64,000 nucleotides of DNA from Octopus vulgaris (taxonomy: Eukaryota). A program made the position numbers and the translations under genes. Shown in pieces: positions 57,262 through 64,000 of this stretch. Within the stretch, counting starts at the first letter, position 1, and each line of letters opens with the position of its first letter. The notes beneath the pieces are model-generated. The model was not told the DNA's origin and did no database searches. It saw nothing but the letters and a program-made list of their open reading frames with translations. Location of the stretch: NCBI GenBank assembly GCA_951406725.2, contig OX597819.1, positions 41,478,001 to 41,542,000 of the forward strand, given 5' to 3'.

Positions 57262-57651
57262 AATTATAGAAATATTAAAATTACTAAGTCTCTATAAAAG
57301 AGATTACGGCAGCGTTTACTGGAAATTAATTGTTATCGCCATATTAATATGGCATTCTTATAGATATAAGAATAATCGCTACCGCTGGTCAGCTCCATGA
57401 GGCCACCGCCATCAAGATAGCTATTGATACACGATCTGTATCCATTATAACCTTCGAACAAGGGAGGTCAGCTGCTTCACACTGCCAGTCCGACAGCTAC
57501 AGACGCGTTTTTTCTTGTTCGAAGGTTATAATGGATACAGATCGTGTATCAATAGCTATCTTGATGGTGGTGGCCTCATGGAGCTGACCAGCGGTAGCGA
57601 TTATTCTTATATCTATAAGAATGCCATATTAATATGGTGATAACAATTAAT
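57262..57651. mobile_element. Fold-back non-coding element, structured-RNA family member 3
   Basis: 138-bp arms 57325-57462 / 57514-57651 (2 mismatches), 51-nt loop, unique left tail. Set in TAA/TA low-complexity DNA. Confidence 0.8.
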
Positions 57652-58239
57652 AATAATTATATATACTATATAATAAATAATATAGAGTAACCCATGCTAG
57701 CATAGAAAACGGACACTCATGCTAGCATGGAAAACGGACGCTAAATGATGATGATGATATAGTAATAAATAATATATGATAAATAGATTATATATTATAT
57801 ACTATATTAATTCCTATTCATATTGTTGTAATCTCAAATTTAATTGAATAGTAACAAATATTTACAAGTGTTCAAGTGTATGTGAACTGGACTGTAATAA
57901 ATATTTTTGAAAACTGCTTGATTTGGTTTATTTGGAAGATACCTTTACATGTATACATAGATAATGCACTAATGTGAGTGTATACTTACACATTCATTAC
58001 ATACGTAAAACTCAACTATGTGTATGAATACATACACGCATATATTAATTTACATGTACAATTTTTTGTGTGTGTATATGTGTGTGGCTGTGTGGTAAGT
58101 AGCTTGCTCACCAACCACATGGTTCCGGGTTCAGTCCCACTGCGTGGCATCTTGGGCAAGTGTCTTCTGCTATAGCCCCGGGCCGACCAATGCCTTGTGA
58201 GTGGATTTGGTAGACGGAAACTGAAAGAAGCCTGTCGTA

Positions 58240-58298
<59 letters not shown>

Positions 58299-58754
58299 CT
58301 GTGTTTGTCCCCCTAGCATTGCTTGACAACCGATGCTGGTGTGTTTACGTCCCCGTCCCCATCACTTGGCAGTTCGGCAAAAGAGACCGATAGAATAAGT
58401 ACTGGGCTAACAAAGAATAAGTCCCGGGGTCGATTTGGTCGACTAAAGGCGGTGCTCCAGCATGGCCGCAGTCAAATGACTGAAACAAGTAAAAGAGTAA
58501 AGAGTATACATGTGTGTGTGTATAAGAGACAGACAGGCAGGCAGGAATGGATAGAGAATGAAAGAATGTGGATGTTATAATTTTATCCAGTTATCCACCT
58601 AGTAATACATACATTTGAGTATATTGATACATACATTCACATGGACAAAATATTTGTATGAGAGAGAGAGCGAGAGAGAGAGAGAGAAAGTGAGTTAGAG
58701 AACGAGTGATGAAAATGCAATTCCACAGGCAGCCAACATATCTTTATAATTATT

Positions 58755-59150
58755 ATTAACCATCTTACAAACAATAACTCTGAGCACCTTTTCAAACTTC
58801 ACCTGTCTAACACCCGTGGACATGTTTACAAAGTCAGAAAACAGCACAGCTCCCATGACTTTTGGAAACACTTTTTCACGCTAAGAGTTGCTGAAGCATG
58901 GAACAAACTGCCAGCATCAGTTGTCAGAGCACTGCATCCTTCAAAACTTCGATGCTTCCTGAGATTCGCCAACACTACACCTGATTTTCTCTCCTCCATA
59001 CACACGCAAGCATATATCTGACTCATACACTGTTCACATCCCAGACATTTGTACATTACTGCATATGCTTTATATGCACTTTTGACATGTTGTGGTGCAC
59101 CTGAGTACTGTATACAATAATTTCATTATGATTATTATTATTATTATTAC
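58755..59150 (+). mobile_element. 3' fragment of a closely related CR1-type LINE
   Basis: Clear similarity to 49450-49740 (CAAAGTCAGAAAACAGCACAGCTCCCATGACTTT...GTGCACCTGAG.ACTGTA.ACAAT), ending in ATT repeats. Confidence 0.85.
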
Positions 59151-59747
59151 TATTATATTATATATCTGTTCGTCACCTGAACTGAGCACATTGTACAGTA
59201 GTAAAAAGTCAATAACAACATCAATAATATGAATCTTAATTTTTAGTTTTCAAATTGAATCTTGGGTCCCCTAAAACTCAAATGTTCCTGACCCCTATTC
59301 TCTGAGCCCATGTAATAAGACATTCCTGTATAGGCACTAGTTTAGAAAATAGCAAGGAAAAGAAGTCAATGTGTGAATCCCTACATTAAGAGTGAACCTT
59401 ATTAGTATTAGGGGTGAATAGTAAATGCATAAGAGAACTGTTACGGAGCATCTGTACAGTAAAGAATAATCTTTAGTTTTACAAATCCATAAGTATGTAA
59501 TTTCTATTTAGATTTTTGCTTTGAACTTAAGGCATATTTTTTATTGTCTTAAAGCCTAAACCTTATTTTTTAAAAACTTCATCAACAGGCGTAGGAGTGG
59601 ATGTGTGGTAAGTAGTTTGCTTACCAACCACATGGTTCTGGGTTCAGTCCCACTGCGTGACACCTTGGGCAAGTGTCTTCTGCTATAGCCTCGGGCCGAC
59701 CAAAGCCTTGTGAGTGGATTTTGTAGACGGAAACTGAAAGAAGCCCG

Positions 59748-59809
<62 letters not shown>

Positions 59810-60577
59810 ATATGTTTGTGTGTCTGTGTTTGTCCCCCCCACCATCGCTTGACAACCGATGCTGGTCTGTTTACATCCCCGTAACTTAGCAGTTCGGCAA
59901 AACTGATAGCGTAAGTACTAGGCAACCAAAGAATAAGTCCTGGGGTCGATTTGCTTGACTAAAGGCGGTGCCCCAGCATGGCCACAGTCAAATGACTGAA
60001 ACAAGTAAAAGAGTAAAAGTGAGAGTAACAGTTTCAAATTCGGATGCAAGTAAGATTTCTCTTAAATTACACCCTACAATCTTAAATGAGGAAAGAATAT
60101 TTGAAATTTATTCCTACATTTCCTTAAAAAAAAAACAGGTGGTGGTCAAAGCTAGAATGCCCTTAATTATAAGTCTGTTCAGTTGGACCTGATCTGAGTC
60201 CAATCAACAAGAAAACAAAAACAAACAAAAAATAACAGGTTTAATATTTTGAATAATTTTTTAATATTTTAAAGATCTGTGGATTTAACTTGGTAAATGT
60301 TTTACCACTTGAAAGGAAATATAAAATATTTACTGAGAATTAGTTTGGTATAAATTCCATTACAAGAATGGTTTTAATTTTTAAGAACACACGATGAAAG
60401 GAAAACAATTTGTAGAATATATAAACAGGTATCAGCTATTTATCAAAATTCTTCAGTACTTGATATCACAGTACAACTAATTAATGAGTTTTATTTAGTA
60501 GAAAAGATGTAAAATAAAAAAAAAAAATAGAAAAATAAAGGTGTTAAAAATTACACCAAGCAAACTTCTATGAGAAA

Positions 60578-63149
60578 CTATGGTCTTCGTGGCTGAAGTC
60601 CCATTACTGGACCTTCCCAGCCTGGAATAACCCAATCAGGCCAGTACAATTCTTTCATTCTTTCACGATAAGCATCAAGATTTGGGAATAACTTATCTGG
60701 TGGAATAAAGAGAAGAAATAGTAGCATAAGAAATACAATTCTGTTATGAAAACATACAAAAAAAAACACAATAAAACAAAAAAGCAACACATAAACAACA
60801 GAAAGAATTTAAAAATATAAATTGTCTTAACCCTTTTGTCACTATATATGTATCAACTAAATTTGAAAATATAAAAAAAATTGAGGATTTAGTAAAATAT
60901 TTTAGTTCATTATTTAGATGGTGTTTGGAATTTAGCAAAAATTTTTTACATAAATCTAAGATGAACACTTTATTTAAACATCACATTTTAAAGAAGGGGT
61001 TTTGTATCATAGAACCAGAGATAGTCTTGGTATCAAAAAGATGAAATAAAATGGGGCTAATTGGTCCTTATTTAAGGTAAACTACTGTTAGAAATATTCA
61101 AGGATGTAAATATAGTAACATACTATCTCTTGTAACTTGTTACACTGATAATTATGACTTTATACAAATGATTTGATGCTTTCAAGGCAATGATTTGTTG
61201 CCTTCAAAGATAGCCATTTTATTTTTATTTTTTAGTCAAGAGGTAAGGTTGTACAAACAGCTGGAAGAAAACATTATCTTAATAATATTTGTCTAACTCA
61301 TGCTACCATGGAAAAACAGACATGAAAATAAGTGGGAGATTGCATCCATTTCAACTTTGAATTAATACATGGCTACTAGAATCCTTTTACATAGTCTGTA
61401 TGTAGCTTTAAAAGCTGTTTGATACTATGAATTTTTTATTCATAATAAATGTTATGACAAACTTATCAAAAGATAAGATATGCCACCTATTCTACAATAT
61501 GAAAGCATTCTAAATTAAAACTGGTCATACTAACCTTTCAAGACCTTTGTGAAAAAGCTACCATCTGGCATTTTCTCAAAAGAACTCATCATTCCAAATA
61601 CAGCACAATCAGTTTCACATGGGTTGACTCCCATAAGGAACTTCTTTTTTCCTGTAGAATTCATAAGAAATGAATTATATACAAATCCTTCAGTTTGAGT
61701 TTTATATGGATTATTAAAATGTGATTTAAAATTTTAAGCTTAGAAGTTAATTAAAGACTGTAAAATACCTTTATCTTTTAATCATTGATGCTTGAGCATG
61801 TCACTATGATCATATGAAATATTTTACAGTTAAATATTTAGACTGCCAACTAACAGAAAGCCTGGGGGTAGACCAAAAATGAGATGGTTGAATAATATCC
61901 ATAGTCTCAGATCATGCTTGAGTATCCAGTTGGAAAGTGTAATGATGATTGCTTCTATGGAGGAGAAGCCTGACCATTCTACTCCATACCCTCCAAGGAA
62001 TAGGGGGTGAATGGCAAAAATGGATGGATGGATGGAACATGGTATGACAATCTGAGTTAACTATTATCAACTTTCATCTCTCTCTACAAGTTTTTAACAA
62101 ATCTCTTTTTGATGGTCACCATACTTAAATGGTTAAACAAACTGTTAATAGTAGTTGTTAGGTCTATCTTCCTTATTTACTCTGCTCATTGCTGGACATT
62201 TTTGACTCAATTACTCAATGACTTGTTATTTCAGGCTATGAATATCCACCACTGAGTAATCACCTTTTGTTTTTCAAATGAGACCAAAGAAATTATGTTT
62301 CTCTTATAGAGTTAATCTTGCAATAGACTGTTTTGTTCAGAGAGTAGCCTTATAATACAAATTAAATTCTGCACTGGAAACCAATGGATCACTTGTAAAT
62401 TTTACATGGTCATTGTTGTCAGCAGCGGCAATTATTTCTTCTATCTTATCTTTTTTAATCTAAAGTGAATTGTGCTATTTTAACATGGGTTACAGCATAC
62501 AGCCTTTACTCTATTTAGAATTGTTCAGTCAGTGAAAAAACTAGAACAGTTTCAGTATAATCATCTTCAATGATTATATAGAAACTGGTATCTTCTGTAG
62601 TAGTGAGAAACTCTATCAGAAGAGATACACACTAGACTGTTTTCTCTTTTCAACAATTTATATTTGGAATTCATTTTCCACAAAATAAATCAATGATTGG
62701 CCTTTTTCAGTTATTGGACTGCAACCCTGCTGAGACACTATCTTCAAGGGTCTAGCTGAACAAATTGACCCTGTACTTAGTTTTCCAGTCTGGCAATTAT
62801 TTTATTGGTCTCATGCTGATCACTAAGTTATGTGGATGTAAACAAACTAACACTGAGTACCAAGTGGTGGTGGTTGAGGGACAATCACAGACACTGTCAC
62901 ACAGAAACACACACACACACACATTAATTTCTATAGATATATTACTTACCAAGAAAGTCTGAGAGAGCCTTTAAATCTCCCATTGCAATATGTTCCACTT
63001 CTGAAGGAGTGTGTCGACCCATACCTTGGCCATAAGCGTATTTCTCAAGCATTCTTTTAATCCTCCAGACAAAAAATCTCGGAGCAGGGATCACCTTTCT
63101 CAGAGATGGGTCAGAATAACCATATACCCATCGACTGAGAGCCAAAGCC
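60578..63149 (-). CDS. Failed axon connections (FAX/FAXC)-like, metaxin/GST-family protein, last three exons: complement(join(60578..60696,61535..61651,62950..63149))
   Basis: AG/GT-bounded, phase-compatible exons give ALALSRWVYG...YAYGQGMGRHTPSEVEHIAMGDLKALSDFLG|KKKFLMGVNPCETDCAVFGMMSSF...KVLK|DKLFPNLDAYRERMKELYWPDW...*. The motifs G.GRH..E......DL.ALS.FLG.K.FL.G..P...DCA.FG and PNL..Y..RMK..YWPDW are typical of the FAX family. The 5' exons lie beyond the window. Confidence 0.9.
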
Positions 63150-63638
63150 CTTCAAGATAAGATAAAAATAATGATAATAATAACCCTTTCTACTATAGGC
63201 ACAAGGCCTGAAATTTGGGGGAGCAGGAGAGTCGATTACATCAACCCCATTACTCAACTGGTATTTGATTTATCAACCTCGAAAGGATGGAAAGCAAACT
63301 CAACCTAAGTGGAATTTGAACACAGAACATAGCGATAGGCGAAATACTGTTAAGCATTTCATCCAGCATGCTAACAATTCTGCTAGGTCATTGCCTCAAT
63401 AATAATAATTTCAAATTTTTGCCACAAGGGCAGCCTGGGGAGGTGTGGGATGAGTCGATTACATTGACCCCTGTGTTCAACTGGTACTTTATTTTATCAA
63501 CCATGAAAGGATGAAAGGTAAAGTCGACCTTGGTAGAATTTGAACTCAGATCGGAGTGACCGGTGAAATACTGCTAAGCATTTTCTCCAGAGTGCTAACA
63601 ATTCTGCCAGCTCAATTATAATAATAATAATAATAATA

Positions 63639-64000
63639 AAATGCCCTGATGCAGTACCAGGCAGTAGCTCTCGTGGCTTCTGATCTTAACTGATTGGAAG
63701 TGTTATCATGTACATTGTTTTGCCTTGGTATAAAAGATGGGCTACAGCAAATATTCTGCTCAATACCACAGATTTGCTTGTCTGTAATTTGACTTTAACC
63801 AGTTGAGCATGTCCCTTTGTGGCTGACAATATGTGCATCTCTGATTACGAGCAGAAGTAGTGGGGGAGCATCATAGCCATGTGTTGAGAGTGATTCTTTG
63901 GGGTTTGAATACTTCACCTCAGGAAACATGGGTGTTTTGTTCAACATCCTTAAACAACCCTTATTCAGGGACCTTTTGAGCAGGATGGGTTATTTGACCA
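63639..64000. repeat. About 555-bp repeat, copy 3 (runs off the window; intron of the FAX-like gene)
   Basis: Same start, AAATGCCCTGATGCAGTACCAGG, after (TAA)n. Confidence 0.85.

Noticed and set aside
57463-57513. AAACGCGTC on the - strand in the loop of the 57-kb fold-back, resembling a hammerhead 3' half
   Set aside because: No matching CUGANGA at a workable position, and it is on the strand opposite to the family's structured module.

Overview
AT-rich, microsatellite-saturated eukaryotic genomic DNA. The repeat landscape suggests an octopus or other coleoid cephalopod (inference, not proven). Three spliced protein-coding genes can be rebuilt by hand from GT-AG sites. Two are convergent cyclophilin (PPIase) paralogues: a + strand copy whose first exon was not found and probably lies upstream of the window, and a complete - strand copy of 225 aa with a signal peptide. 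The third is the last three exons of a failed-axon-connections/metaxin-GST-family gene on the - strand. An intronless tRNA-Leu(CAA) lies antisense in a cyclophilin intron. The rest is mobile DNA: a young 5'-truncated CR1-type LINE with an unbroken 858-aa ORF, decayed R4/Dong, RTE, CRE-like and Gypsy elements, mariner/pogo/hAT MITEs, non-autonomous Helitrons and many tRNA-derived SINEs. The most interesting signal is a set of short non-coding fold-back elements sitting in (TA)n/(TAA)n tracts. Two carry recognisable minimal type I hammerhead ribozymes. Three (27.4 kb, 39.1 kb, 57.3 kb) are diverged homologues sharing hairpins with compensatory base changes, i.e. a candidate retrozyme/Penelope-like structured-RNA family. 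Most ORFs in the supplied track are microsatellite or SINE artefacts.
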